From: Octopus vulgaris
Taxonomy: Eukaryota
NCBI GenBank assembly: GCA_951406725.2
Contig: OX597824.1
Coordinates: 47,430,001-47,494,000 of the forward strand
Direction: 5' to 3'
Length of the DNA: 64,000 bases
In this document: positions 14,201 to 29,200 of the stretch, one piece after another
Numbering within the stretch: the stretch's first letter is position 1
How the letters are laid out: each line of letters starts with the position of its first letter
Translations under genes and position numbers: made by a program
Notes under the pieces: generated by a model
Told to the model about the DNA's origin: nothing
The model's database searches: none
What the model saw: the letters and a program-made list of their open reading frames with translations, nothing else

Positions 14201-17200
14201 CTTCACCACCTAAATCTTCCACAATAACTTCATAGGATAAAAGCTCACGCTTGCATTTTTCCTATAAATAAATAAACAAGAGCACTCAAAGAACGCAAAC
14301 TTCTGCGAAGGCAACATTAACATCATCTCAATGATTAACAGGAGATGATTTTTAAAATGAGAACATCTGAAATAAACTCGACTGCTCTCACAAACAAGAA
14401 TACTAAAAATGAACCCAACTGCTCTCAAAAATTAAGTAAAATAATCGGAAAAATAATCCAGAATCCTTGTCCAATACCTGATTGATCCCAATGGTAGTCA
14501 TGGAACGTGAAGGCGGGTGTGTGGACCATGCTTATAATGCTGTGTGTGTGTGTCATCTGCAGTGGGAAGAGGGACAATTTTTCCTATGAAGGCCTTTTTT
14601 AGTCTATCCACTGATAAAGCGACTTTACGACCATTAAGGTCTATAGTGAAAAATTTATCTGTGTGTGAAAGAAAAAGGAAAAGACCTGCATATGGTGCTG
14701 TTAATGGAGGTTTAACAGCATCGTTGCACACAAAAATGCGAATCCAAGAAGTAAAGCTTCCTTCAAGGCAGAGCTAGAAATGCAATTGTTAAGAAGTAAG
14801 AGGTTTTAAACAGGAGCAATACTTTCAAAATTGGTAAAACTAAAAATTGTCAAGGATAAATTAAATTTATTATTGTTATTGAATATGTTAATATTATTTA
14901 ATTTTTGAACAGTTTAGCTGCTATTTGTTTATGTAGTTTGATTTCTTTATCCATCAGTTTTTAAGTTAGAGATGTGAGTAAAATTAATAATAGAGAAATG
15001 AAAATAAAACTTTGGAAACAGCAACACCGTCATAACTTATGTGGAAACTATGAGCATGCTTTCAACGGAGATAATCAGAGAAAGACTTGAAAGTGAATGT
15101 AAGATCGAAATACTTCATGTAAAGTAAATATAACAAATAATCCAGAATCCTTGTCCGGTACCAGATCAATCCCAAAATCTAAGCAGTTTGTGCCAGTCAT
15201 GAGGCCAAACATCCCTGAAAGTTTTATCCAAGCGGTTCTTGAGATATCTTGTCCACAGACAAACAAACACAACTGAAAACAATACCTCCACCATCGCTAA
15301 GGCAGAAGTGTTATATATATATATATATATGTACATACAAATTTTTTATTGGGAACAACTACTTCTAAAGACTGTGTCTGTACATGTCATTTAATTTTGG
15401 TTTCTAAAGCTGGATGTCCTTCTTATCATCACCTACTTTACAGAGTGTGCTTGGTGCATTCTCTAGTGGCACCAACACTAGAGAAGTTGAATAGTCCTTG
15501 GCAAAACAGTACTGAAAGGGACCTCACAACTTTATGCTTCCTTTGCTCGTTTGTCTTACACAGTGTGCTGAATACATTTTTGTAACACCAGCCCTACAAA
15601 AGAAGCTGCACTCACCATTCACTTGTAGTGGGAACACAGCAACTTCTGACATATAGTTTTTATAATTTCTTTCAACCAGGCATAATGCTAATTAATACAA
15701 AGTAGAAGTATAGTTAATCAAATCAACCATATATATTACTGGTTCTTATTTTACTGAAAAAAAATTGAATTCACTAAGACTGTAACCAATTAGAGTAAGG
15801 TTTACTATATCTTCCACCTCACTATCTTTAAATAAAATAATGGTGGTAGATTAGAGATACTTACAATATCAACACCAGGCTTGTCGGTTTTGTTAATGGC
15901 AATTATGAGAGGAACTGAAATTAAAAAAGAAAAAAACAACAATAAAGAGACTAAACAGACATCAACAATAATCAGAAGCATCTAAACATTGATGTAGGTT
16001 GGGCACAATATTAAGAAAATGGAAAAGGTGGCTATGACCATGACCTGCATGTGAGGAATAATAGACAAATAACAGCGGTAGTAGTTTTTGTTGCTTATCC
16101 CCATGTCAAGCAAAACTATGATTAAAGCATGCCAGCCATCAGACATAATATATCTCATCATTGTATTGTATATTGTTTCCACAAGTCACAGGAACTCATA
16201 ATATGAATGTTGTCCTCTGAATTCAGTTGCATTAAGGGAACAAAGATAAACATTCTCTTAGATTGGATGGCAGTCTATAACAGATGACAGTCATAGATCA
16301 ACTAGAATCTATTTCCATATTACAATGTCTTGTTCCTTTTTATTTTTCAAGATAAGGTGTAATTTGAAGACAATTTGGCTGCTATTTCTAGCAGGCATAT
16401 TCTGAATATGGACAGTTATGCTACATGGCAACAAAACATGGGTTGTAAATGCTGAGGACATGCAAAGGCATGTAAGAAATGAAGCTAGCATGCTCTACTG
16501 AATGTTAGTGTACATGTATGACAAAGTGTAAATGTTTTGAGAGAAAAACTAACTATAAGAGGCATCAGTTGTAATGAGCAAGAGAGAAGATTGCATTGCT
16601 CTGGTCATGTGATATGCATGGATGAGGTCAGCTGCATGAAGAAGTGTTGATCCAGTGGGGTGACATTCTGAGAAGGAAGGAATGGGTGTAGTGATTAGTG
16701 TGGAGCTGGCAGAACCGTTAGCACGCCGAGCGAAATGTGTAGCCGTATTTCATCTGCCGTTATGTTGTGAGTTCAAATTCCGCTGAGGTCGACTTTGCCT
16801 TTCATCCTTTTGGGGTCGATAAATTAAGTTCCAGTTACGCACTGGGGTCAATGTAATCAACTTAATCCGTTTGTCTGTCCTTGTTTATCCCCTCTGTGTT
16901 TAGCCCCTTGTGGGTAATAAAGAAACAGATTAGTGTGGAGTCTAGAAGATTGGACAAGTCAAAGGTGAGGAAAAGAAGAGAAGCAAATGGGAAGGCAAAG
17001 GCCAAAGTGGAGGGAGCAAGAGTCCTTTCAACTCTGAAGAACAAAGACACCACAATAATGGTAGAAAAGGCAGAGAAGAGGGACAGCACACTGGGGAGTG
17101 TCTGCGAGTAACTTTATGGCAGTTAGGTAGCTCTTTTCTGGATTTGGTCTAGAATGGCTTTGCATGCAGCAGTAGCACCATGTCATGTGTTAAACAATAC

Positions 17201-20200
17201 TCCATTGTGGATACCACCTGAACTTTGTACAGTATTAATAAAAACTGATGAGTGATTGTGTATCTTAGTTAACTGCATAGCTAATTTTTTAATAATTATT
17301 TCCTTATCTTGCTCTCTATCCCAAAAAGAAAATTTCATCACCATTGTTCATGAGATATTACTTAAATTTCCATGGTTTATATAAAAGTTTCAAATCAATG
17401 GAGACATACCTTTGAAATTCTGTGCATGTTTTATTGATTCAATTGTCTGTTGCATTACACCATCATCTGCAGCAACAACAAGAACTACAATATCTGTAAG
17501 CAAAGCACCTCTGGCTCTCATTGCAAAAAAAGCAGCATGTCCAGGTGTATCAAGGAATGTAATCTTTTCCTTAGAAGGAAGACTAACTGAAAATCAAAAA
17601 TAACAGTGAAAAAATTAGTGGAAATGCTTGAACATTTTGAAATATTCATAAAGTTAATAATTTATTTTTCTTCACCTTTATTTAATATTTTATCTTTGCC
17701 CAGCATGTTTGGATGCAGGAAGATGTAGCAAAATTTTATCTGGAAACTTACACTATGTGATCAAAAGTATCTGGACACCTACTTGATAATGAAGCACAAG
17801 TTTGGGCCACCCTCAATCAGAAACACTGGCAGTCAATATAATGTTGCCTTGATGACAGCCTCTACTCTCGCAGGCATACTTTCAATCTGGCAGGGGAAAG
17901 TTTCCTGGAGAATGGCAGCCCATTCCTTGCAATAAGCCAAAACGAGCAAGGCTATCGTTGCGGGTCAGTTTGGTCCAATACAAAGTAGCTGTCCCAAAAC
18001 AACCCAAAGATGTTCGATGGGATTTAAATCAGGACTCTGCAAAGGCCAGTCCATTAGTGGGATGTTGTCATCATCAAACCACTCCCCTACAACCCCTGCA
18101 GTACGGATAGGTGCTCAGCCATACCCCTGAACTAGTCTTCAACAGTAAGCAACATGAAAGTGGTTAAAATGTCACTGTAAGCTTGTGCCATAACAGTGCC
18201 ACATAAAAGCAACAAGGGGGGAAGTCCCCTCCAGGAGAAACACGACCATACCATCACCCCACCACTTCCAAATTTCAGTCAGCATTATATAGGCTGGTAC
18301 ATATCATTCACTAGGCATTTACCACACCCACACACTACCATCTGATTGCCACATTGTGCACCATTATTCATCACTCCATAGAATGGTTTTCCACTGTTCT
18401 GTAGTTCAATTTTGACGATCTTTATACCATGTGAGGCAGTGTTGGGCATTTGTCTATGCGATGTGTGGCTTATGGGTAGCTGCTCTTCCATGGAAACCTT
18501 GCAATGAACAGTTGCAGTGCTTGAAGTAGATACTGCTGTAGTTTGGAATTCCTGTATGATGGTGATGGATAATAGACAATTATGTTGTATGATCCTATTC
18601 AACACTTGATGGTCTCTAGGAGTTAACATGGGAGGTTGGCCCAAATGCGTTTGGGTTGTATACATCCCTTCATGTTTTCACTTTACTATTACATAAGAAA
18701 CAATGGACCTAGAGATGTTCAGGAGGGTGGAAATCTCACTCATAGGCTTATTAGACAAGTGGCACGCAGCCAACTGACCATGTTGAAAGACTATTAGTTC
18801 TGCAGAGCGTTCCATTCTGCTGCCTAGCACTGTCTGCCAGCCACTGAGATCATGGACCATGTATTTTGCATGGTAAATGGTAGTACTGTTGTGCCCTCTT
18901 TGATTTACTGTGTCACCCTCTATAATAAACACACATTTTGCAGGGTGTCTGGATACTTATAATCACATAGAGTTAGATGGAATCTTATAATATTTTTAAT
19001 AATTCATTCAAAACTGAAATTTTTTAAATTTCAATAAACCTCAAGAATTTTTTTCAATTTCCCCAACAATTACTAAATTTCTAATTTTATTAAAACTAAT
19101 TTGAGAGGAAGTGACAACTTACAAGGTGGAATATTCAACAACAATGTAATTTATTTTGCATCTCTTCCTTTTTCAGATATTAAGGAAAATGACTAATATC
19201 TAAACCAGTGATTCTCAACCAGGGTCCACGTAAGATTTTGTTGTTAAAATTTATGTGCAATAAATTGCTTATACTTCTACAATACGCAAAATATTTTTTT
19301 TTTTTATACAATTCCTAATATTTAATTATGAAAATACAGTTGAATTTTTTTTAATATACATCAAATGGCTATGGAGGTCCAGTAAAGTAAAATAATGTCA
19401 AAGGGCAAAAAATGGTTGAGAAACAAACAAAAATGGCAGAAGTATGGTCTCCATCATCATTTACATTTGTTTTACTATTTTTAAACTTTTATATGTAGGA
19501 CAACCTCCTGGCAGCTTATGAATTGGATTATTTTATTAAATCTAATTCTAAAATTAACACAGGCAACTATTTTCATTTGTCTAAAATCTGATTTTGCTGC
19601 TTTCCAGCATTATTTCTTTGCCTCTATTCACTGCATTAATTATTTTCTCTTTATGCTCTTACCACTTCAAATTATATAAAAACTGACCTGAAAAAGCACC
19701 AATATGTTGAGTGATGCCACCAAACTCTGTTGAGACTACATTAGTTTTCCGTAGGGAATCTAAAAGTGTTGTCTTTCCATGATCTACATGTCCCATAATT
19801 GTAACAACAGGAGGACGTTTGATAAGGGAATCAGGCAATGGTGGTTCTCTAATATGAAAAACAAAGAATATATATAAAAAAGGTTCAACTATTTCACATA
19901 GCATATGATAAAACAGTTCAATAAAGATTTAAGACATTAGGTACAAAATCGCAAATAGTAGGTGAAGGGTTGGTAATTTAAGATTATCTTCAATGCTTGA
20001 ATGGTTCTTTATTTTTAATCAAACACTAAAGGATGAAAATCAAAGTCAACCTCAATAGAATTTAAACATAGAATGTAGAAGAATATGATTAAATACCACA
20101 ATGCATTTTGTTCATGAGTCTACTAATTCTGCAACCACATCACTCTCAATTTAATAAAATAAAAAACAATTATCATAAAAAAGATATTTTCTAGAAGAAG

Positions 20201-23200
20201 TTTTGTGTCTCTAAGTAATCAGACATCATTCATCTACAGTAATCCCTTGCCATATTGTGGTTCACCCATCGCGGTTTATTATTTAAGCTTACGTTGATTC
20301 TTTCATGGTGTTGTTTTGCCTTTATAATAAAATAAATGTATACAAATTAAAAAATAATTTTAAAAAAATACAGTACAGTACTGTTTCTACTTCGCAATAG
20401 TCAAGGGATTACTGTATTCCTACAAAGGGCACATCATTGTACCTGTAACTATAATACTCAAATCTTAGGCAATCCAGTCTATCTAGTTCTAAACAGGAAC
20501 TACAAGGTTGGAAGAGCTCACTGCTATAAACTGCAAAACTATTGTAAAATTGATGTGTTTTATTGGCTTGGGTTATTAGATTCAATTTGTTTACAAGAAA
20601 AGTTTCTTGAGATACATTGGCATTCTATCCAAAGTGCGATTTGTTTCTCATCCACTAATGACTATAGAACAAGAGTGGTAGGATTCCTCCCGATGCTTTC
20701 TACTCTTCTTGACAGAGATCAAGTCATCAAGTCACAGAAACCATGCCAAAACAGACATAGGAACTTGGTGTAGTTCTCTAGCTCCCCAGCATGGAAAACA
20801 GACATTAAATTATGAAGGCTTTTTTCAGTTTCTGTCTACCAAATCCATTAACAAGGTTTTGGTTGGCCTGTGGCCATTGTAGAAAACACTTGCACAGGGT
20901 GCCACACAGTGGATCTGAACCCAAAATCATATGATTGGGAAGCAAACTTTTTAACTCTACAACCATGCCAACACTTATTCATCACCATCATTTAACATGC
21001 GTTTTCCATGCTGGCATGGGTTGGACAGCTTTTGGCTTGATTTCTACAGTTGGATGCCCTTTCTAATGCCAACCGCTTTACAGAGTGTACTGAGTGCTTT
21101 TTACATGATACCATCAATAGTGCTTTCACGTAAATTATTAAGCTATCTGCTAATGAAACATTTATTAATAAGACAAATATTTCATTAGTTGTTTACAATT
21201 TAATAATTCCCCTCAACCTGTCACAAAGCTAATTCTTGTAGAGTACAAGTATAATTGATTGAGTCAACTTTAGATGAACAATCAGAAAAATTACAATTCT
21301 ACCAATGAATCTTGAAAAAGCTCTCATTATCATTAAACGAATAAGGTTAGTGACAATTCAATTAATAAGAAATAAAGAGACAAATAAGAAAACTAAAGAT
21401 AATCCAGTAACTTCTAATAAGCAAAAACAGATTTATGAGTCAAAACATAAATGAAATACTCACTGTCTCACAAAGTCTTTACTTTCTTTCTCCTTTGTAA
21501 TCCGTTTTGGTGCTGGCGTCCATTTCATTCCAGACTTTTTAACAACACCTTTTATTACTTCAATATCATCAATTACTTTGATAAGATAAAGAAGGAAAAT
21601 AAAATTCAAATTATTTCTCTTCATTTAAGTAGATATATCTTGAATCAAACAAAATAGTATGCAGATTTATAAAAACCTAGGTCAAATATAATTATCATTC
21701 AATTTATGAGTCTGACTTTTAAATACTTAAATACATAAGAGGAAGAGAGAAAGATTCATATTTTGGAGCAAAAATGCATTATTTTGTAAAATTCACTCTT
21801 CATCTTTAAAGCATTCAGTCAGCAGTCAGATATACAGGGGTTGAACAAAATAATGGAAACATCTTCAAATTTCAAACAAGTTTATTTTAATATGGGGTAG
21901 GACCACCTTTGGCAGTCCTACCCCATATTAATTCAAGCTGTAATTACAGCTTGAATCTTACAAGGTATGGACTCATACAAAGTTTGAATTGTTTCCAAAT
22001 GAATTTTTGTCCATTCTTCAGCTAAAACAGTCTCCAGTTCTTGTAGTGATGATGGTGGAGGATATTGACTCCTAATTTCTTTTTCTAAAATGTACCATAA
22101 ATGTTCAATGATATTGAGATCTGGGGACTTTGGTGGCCAGATAAGTGTTCAACTTCACTAGAATGTTCCTCGTGCCATTCAGTAACAACTTTAGCTGTGT
22201 GAATTGGTGCATTATCATCCTGAAAGATTGTGTTTCCCTCTGGAAACAGTTCCACAACCATAGGATGAATTTGATCAGATAAAATGCTTAAGTAGTCTTG
22301 ACTATTAATTCCGCCATGAAGGGAAACCATTGGGCTGGCAGATTTCCAAAATATAGCCCCCCAGATCATCACAGATCTTCCTCCATGTTTAACAGTTGGA
22401 AGAAGGCAGTCTGGGTCAATTGTTTCTTTTCGCTGTTTCCACAAGTATACTCGGCCAGTGTTCAGAAATAAGGTAAAGGATGACTTGTCCGAGAAAATAA
22501 CATTTTTCTACTGCTCTAGGGAACAATGCTGTAGGTATTTACTCCACTTTAAACACTTTACAATGTTTGATTTTGAAAGTAGTGGATTTCTGATTGTAGC
22601 CCTTCCATGAAATCTGGCTTTGTGCAACTCCCGGCAAACAGTTTTTGTGGAAACTGGGTTCTCGAGGTGGTCATCAAGCTCTGCAGTAATTTTGGGAGCT
22701 GTACTTTTGTGATCTTTTCTAACAATTCACGTAAGAGTCCGACAGTCCCTATCTGAAAGTTTTGGTTTTCTTCCAGAGTTTTTTTTTCGACGAGGCAGTT
22801 TTTCCCTCTTTTTCAAAGGTTGTCATTACTTTTGAGATAGTACTTCTTCTTGATAGACCAAACATTTCGGCTGTTTTCATTATGCTAGTGCCTGCCATAC
22901 GAGTACCAACAATTTTACCTCTTTGAAAGTTCAATAGATCTATCATTTTAATGAATTCTAATTACCTATTTCTGATGATATCAGAAAAGAAACAGCAATT
23001 TTAGCAAAACTTATTAAGCAACACTAATAATAAATCAAAAAACATAAAAATAAACAGTTTTTGACAGTTTTATAGATATTTCAAAATTATGATGCTAAGT
23101 GTTTCCATTATTTTGTCCAACCCCTGTAAGTGAAATATCAAAGTATGTGGCACAATGTTTTTGTTTAGCTTCAGGTTAACTCTAACCATGTAGACTTATC

Positions 23201-26200
23201 ATCAAAGGTATTCAAGCCATAACGATCCTGACTTTTTTACATATTAGGAATTTTATAGTCCAACATATCTTTTATTTAAGATAGTTTTGGGTGAAGATTT
23301 ATATGTCATTTCTAACAGGCAAATCAGTAGCTTATTATTTACTCATGCATATATTTACAGGAAGGGTTCAACAGCACTATAAACTAGTGTTTCTTTATTA
23401 TATCATATATAGACATTATTGAATTACAATATATCTTTTATATATGAAAAGCAATCTTGATGTAATTGTATAATAGCAAGAGATATACTGCAAACTAAAT
23501 ACCTTACAGCATTTAGTTTCATACTCCCCTCCCCTTATGTGTTAACTTCAAATCCTGTTCAGATAGAACTTTGCCTTTCATCTCTCTGAAGTACTATCAA
23601 TGGACATGGTTATTTCAATACAACACTTCACATATTAATTGCCATATGCTAGTGTGGGAAAACATTATGCATAAAGAACCAATGTCTTCAGATACGCTGG
23701 CCATAATCTTTGAAAAGAATGTGGCATATCAGAAAGAACCCTTCATTCATCACTGAAAAGTAAATGTGTGTGTGTGTGTGTATGTGTGTGTGCATGCATG
23801 TATGTGGTGTACAGGACCCATACTTGCCTGTAGGTCCTCTTAGGCTGAGAGGCCAAAATAACTGAATAGATTTTGAGCAGTTAATGTTCAGTTTGAAATG
23901 TTGCAGATTAACCATTGCAGAAAGAAATAGGGCAAGAAGGGATTTACAATAGGAATAAGCAATGGAGTAGCAGTAACTGCTTTAATTAGATTTTGTGGGG
24001 ATTAACCTAGATTTAGAAAGTTTAAAAGGATAAAAGAAAATTGGGCAAGTTTAATAACCAAGTTGAAAATAAAAGGCAGCTGGGCTGCTAGAATCCTTCC
24101 CTACCACACTAGTGGGATTAACAGTTCATATCAGTCACCATATCAATGTTCTGTGCTTACTAAGTGTCAACAGATACCACGGAAAACATTTTTGTGATTG
24201 ATGAAAAAGTGTTATTGCCTCAAAGAAATCAGCTGTGTTGATATGGGAAACTGTGCAAGAGACACACCAGTTCTACAGGTATGAAGCGTTATGCAACAAA
24301 AGCAGGTATCTATGTATGGAAATGTGTGCAGGAGAGGTAGCAGCTATGTGGATAAGGGGATATGCATAAGAAAGGCAGCTGTACAGGTATAGAAATATGT
24401 ACAAGAAAGATTAGTTGTGTAGGTATGGGACACTTGCTGGATGAAGGAATATTGTGCATGGAAAATGAAAGGTATACATAGCACAAGACCAGAGAAACAT
24501 GAGAAGGAGTAGTAAAGTTGAACCTCAAGTTGTTGAGTTTTGGATTGCAAACAAAGGTGATACACCACAACTTAAAACCAATCCAAATCTGGCCATATTG
24601 AAAAATGGATATTATGATGACAATTTTAATTTGCTTACAATCTGATTTAAAATTTTCCTTCAGAAAAGCCTCTAAGGGTATCATTTCAATCTGAAAGAGA
24701 GATTTTTAACTGTTTAATGAGCTAAAAGCTAGGATAAACAGCAATAGGCCTTTCAAACAGAGAAGTTTATCTTTTAGAAACAATTGACATAAATGAGAAT
24801 CTGTGTTGAAAGATCTTGCTCAAATTGGATTTAGTCAACAGTCTATACCTATCATTATCCTAAATATTCCTACCACTATATATGTACTGATTAAATCACA
24901 ATAAAAGAATGAGTAATTGAATAAGCAAACTTTGGAATACTTTTCAATCAATCAAACAAACAAACAACCACCACCACCATTATCATTTTAATACCTACTG
25001 TTCCATGTTACCATCGGTCAGACAATTTGTCGAGGCAGATTTTTATGTAACAAGATACTCTTCCTGACACCAACCCTTACTTGCTTTCAAACATGTTTTC
25101 ATGGCAGATTGGAAACAAAAGATACCACTTGTGTGACAGTGACACTCATTTACAACTATCATGTGATGTTAAGACAAGGTGACATAAACACGCACACAAT
25201 CTGTCTACTAAATCCACTCACAAGGCTTCAGTCAGACCAGGGCTATAGTAGAAGTCATTTGCCCTGCAATGGTACTGAATCCAAAACCACTTGGTTAGAA
25301 ACCAAACTTCTTAACCACATCGCTACCTTTCAAATATCAATAAATAAAAAAAATAAACACTTACCACTGTTAACATATTCGTAATTGTCACCATCTTTTA
25401 CAAATGTTAATGCTTCAAAAACATGATCTGCAAATCAGGAGCACAACAGCATTTATTGATTAATTAATTCTAAAATTAAATGTTTTTCCCAGTGAAAATT
25501 ATTTTAAAAAAAATTATAAAAATACAAGTACAAATTGCACTGTTTAAATTTTAATAAAAAATATAACATAGAAACTATAATTATGAACATAAAATAGTTA
25601 TACCATTGTTTCAAGTCTACTTGGGGAAGAACAAATAAAGCAGACATCATAATTGAGAAGTCATTTTTAAGAAATATTTGATTTTTAACCCTTTAGCATT
25701 TAAGCTGGCGATATTCAGCCCAAATATATCACCTGTTTTATTTTCAAACCAACCAGATTCTACTTCTCACACCTACCCTACAATGTTACTTTAACAATAA
25801 GTGATCACATCATCAAAATCTTGAAGCTACAAGATAATGGATAATTAATTCAAAACAATGTAACTGTATAAGTATTACATTTGACAGAGTAATCTGATTG
25901 CCAAAGGGTTAAAGGGCTAGACAATTGCTAGACTGAGAAAGGGCTTGTTTTCAAAAATATTTTTATATCAACTCAGAGATGAAAAAGCACTTTGTGAGAT
26001 CAGTTACAGAGAGTGCAACCTGAGAAGTTGAATGCGTGCCAAAGAATTAGTGAAGAATACAGCAGTGCAAATGCTGTCACTGCTTGGTGTTTATAGCTAA
26101 GACACTTGACTCACAACAGTTAAGTCCACCTGGTTCAGAACAGATACATTGCAGTTATATATTTCACTGCTGTAAGTAATAATCATATCTACTATAGGCA

Positions 26201-29200
26201 CAGGGCCTGAAATTTAGTGGGAGGGGGCTAGTTAATTACATTGACCCCAGTGTTTCACTGGTACTTAATTTATTAACCCCATAAGGATAAAAGGCAAAGT
26301 CAACCTTGGTGGAATTTGAACTCAGAACATAAAGATGGATGAAATGCTGCTAAGCATTTCACCCAGTGTGCTAACAATTCTGCCAGCTCACCACCTTACT
26401 ACTGTAAGTAATAATAGAACTGTGCAAGTGATGACTGGTTCTTTACTTTCAACACTGATTGATATTTCTCCCAGGGTGAAAGTTACTTGTAATAGGTCAG
26501 CATCCACCCAGAGGAAGGGCTATCTCCTTAATGCCATAAACATAGACACTCTAACCTCCTAGATCTTTGAGATTTGAAAAAAAGAATTTTATCCTAGCTA
26601 GGTATACATTTTGCTTGTCTATAAGACAACATTTTCTAATCAGACATTGCATATATCAGAGCATTTCTAGTAGAGAACACACTGGATTAGTTTCTCATTG
26701 CCTTCTTCAGGTAAGCATGATTCTTAAGATTTTTAAGAGAAGGACTGTAAGAAATAGGATCTTTATACCATTCTCAGAAGTATTAATAACTTTATGGATT
26801 TGCTTGGACTCTATTTCAACACTGCTTACTTATAAATATGAGTGGCTTTATCCATTTTCTTTCTAGAGAACTTGAGCCTAGCACTTAATGATCCACTACC
26901 CCACTTCATATAGTAATACATAGGTATCATATGCTCCATATGATACCTATTTATTGTTAGTTTAATTGAGCCAGCAAAAGTGCAGTGGCAATGACTGGAT
27001 ATGAAGAGCTGAGCTTCTGGATAGTAGGCAAGTACCCTAATGATTTAGCTATTTACAAATTTCAGATTATGTCTACATAGTGAAAAATGACTACTGAAAT
27101 GCAGTGTGTTGTATAGATAAATGTAGTGAATCATAAAGTAAAAAACATCACAGCATACCCTATAATGTGACAGGTAATGGGGTAACTAGATCACCATACC
27201 TAAACTAGACAAAGCAACTGCACCCAAATATGCTTGCCTCAGTCTGCTTCATTGACAACAGGTTTCACCCTACTATAACAGCTAATTAGAGATTGTAAAA
27301 AGAAAGATGTTCCAATCATTCACATATAAATAAATATAAAACAGAAAATAGATGAAAATTGACTTGCCTGTGTCTTTTTCTAATGCTTTAGCCAACTCAT
27401 CAACAGTCATATTTGGAGAAATTGGAATCACTTTGGCATCTTTATCAAGCGGTTTTGGCTTAAAACGAACTGGATCCCGCTATCAAGAGAATTTAGAATT
27501 ATTATAAGCAATAGAACTAAAGAGCATGCGCATTCTGTTAGATTTTAACATTATTTTTTATTACTATTTATAGCATTAGCAATTACAAATATTATGTATG
27601 TTATAAAATCATATTATTGAATTGGCACCCATTTATCTAAATGAGACAAGCAAAGAGTAAGATGTTTGAATAACTGAGATTATAAACAAAGGAAACCATG
27701 CTGAAAATAGTTGCATAAGAAAAGTATGTTCACAGAGTTTTTGTGTCATTCAACTGACCTATACTAAGAACAAAAAAGTTGAGTGATGAAGACACCACTT
27801 ATTTTGCCATACATTTAGCCTTTTAATATTCAAACTGACCATATCCAGCCCAAATATACTACATGTTTTGCTTTCACACTGGCCATATCTAGCCTCTCAC
27901 TGACATTCTAAAAATAAACAATCACATCATTGAAACCTCAAAGCTATAAGATAATGAATGATTAATTCAAAACAATTTGAATAAAAAAGCATTACATTTG
28001 ACGGAGTAATCGGAATGTTAAAGGATTAAATACTTCAGTAGGTCAGCTACCTTTTAGGAGTTAAAATTATTCTAACATTATTGGAAGTCATGATCAAACT
28101 TAGTCCAGTGGAGTGATTGATACATGACACTTTTAATAACTGAGCAGAAGATGTGATTGGTACAACAATGTGATACTTCTTTGATGCAATGTTTTTACAT
28201 ATTCTTTAGTAATTCAAATTCAACTTTAATCATCGTAAATAAAACACAAAATGAAGCACCAGTATTATTCTAGAGTTCAGGTTACAGTATCTTTTACTTG
28301 TTTCAGTCTCAGACTGTGGCCATGCTGGGGCACCATGTTGAAGAACATTAAAGTCAAATGAATTGACCCCAGTACTTATTAATTTTTAAAGCTGGGTACT
28401 ATCAGTCTCTTTTGCCAAACTGCTAGGATGAAACTCTTTCTTTGAAATTTCAAGGATCTAGGAAGTAGGAGTATCTATGTTTATGGATGGATGCTGATCT
28501 ATTACAAGTAACTTTTACCCTAGGAGAAATGTCAATCAGTATTGAAACCCTAGAATCACTCATCACTTGGACTTCAATGTATCTGTTCTGAACTAGGTGG
28601 ACTTTAGTATTGAGAATTTGGTGTCTTGGCAATGAACACCAAGCAGTGACAGGATGTGTGCTGCTGAATTCTATACTGATTTACTAGCATCCATTCAATT
28701 CGGCAAGCTGCAGTCTCTGTAACTGATCTTTCAAAGTGTGTTGCAGCAGCATAAACACACCAACACTGGTTGTCAAGTGGTGGTGGAAGACAAACACAGA
28801 CATGAACATACACACACACACAGATATATATGTATACAAGCTTCTTTCAGTTTCTGTCTACCAAATCCACTCACAAGGCTTTGGTCAACCTGAAGTTATA
28901 ACAGAAAAAAATTGCCCGAGGTGCCATGCAGTGGAACTGAACTCAGAACTATGTGGTTATGAAGTAAACTCCTTACCACACAGCTGTGCCCATGCTTATA
29001 CATCAGTTTTAAGATTGTTTACACTGGTATAAGTGCAAATAAACTTCAACTGTGTATTTTTTAAATTCTATAAAGCAACTAATTTAAATGCAAATTTTCA
29101 TTACATGTGTCTGTGTATGTGTGTGGGTAATTGTAGACAGTGATTCTAAATGAAGCAAATTTTATGTTTATAATTAATGCTTTAATATGTTTATATGTAA

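Noticed and set aside
16700-16800. tRNA genes (A/B boxes here, at 34500 and at 63540)
   Set aside because: No cloverleaf; they continue into shared SINE bodies.
19659-19904. Bacterial infB or horizontal transfer
   Set aside because: The gene has spliceosomal introns and a presequence-like N-terminus; it is the nuclear mtIF2 gene.
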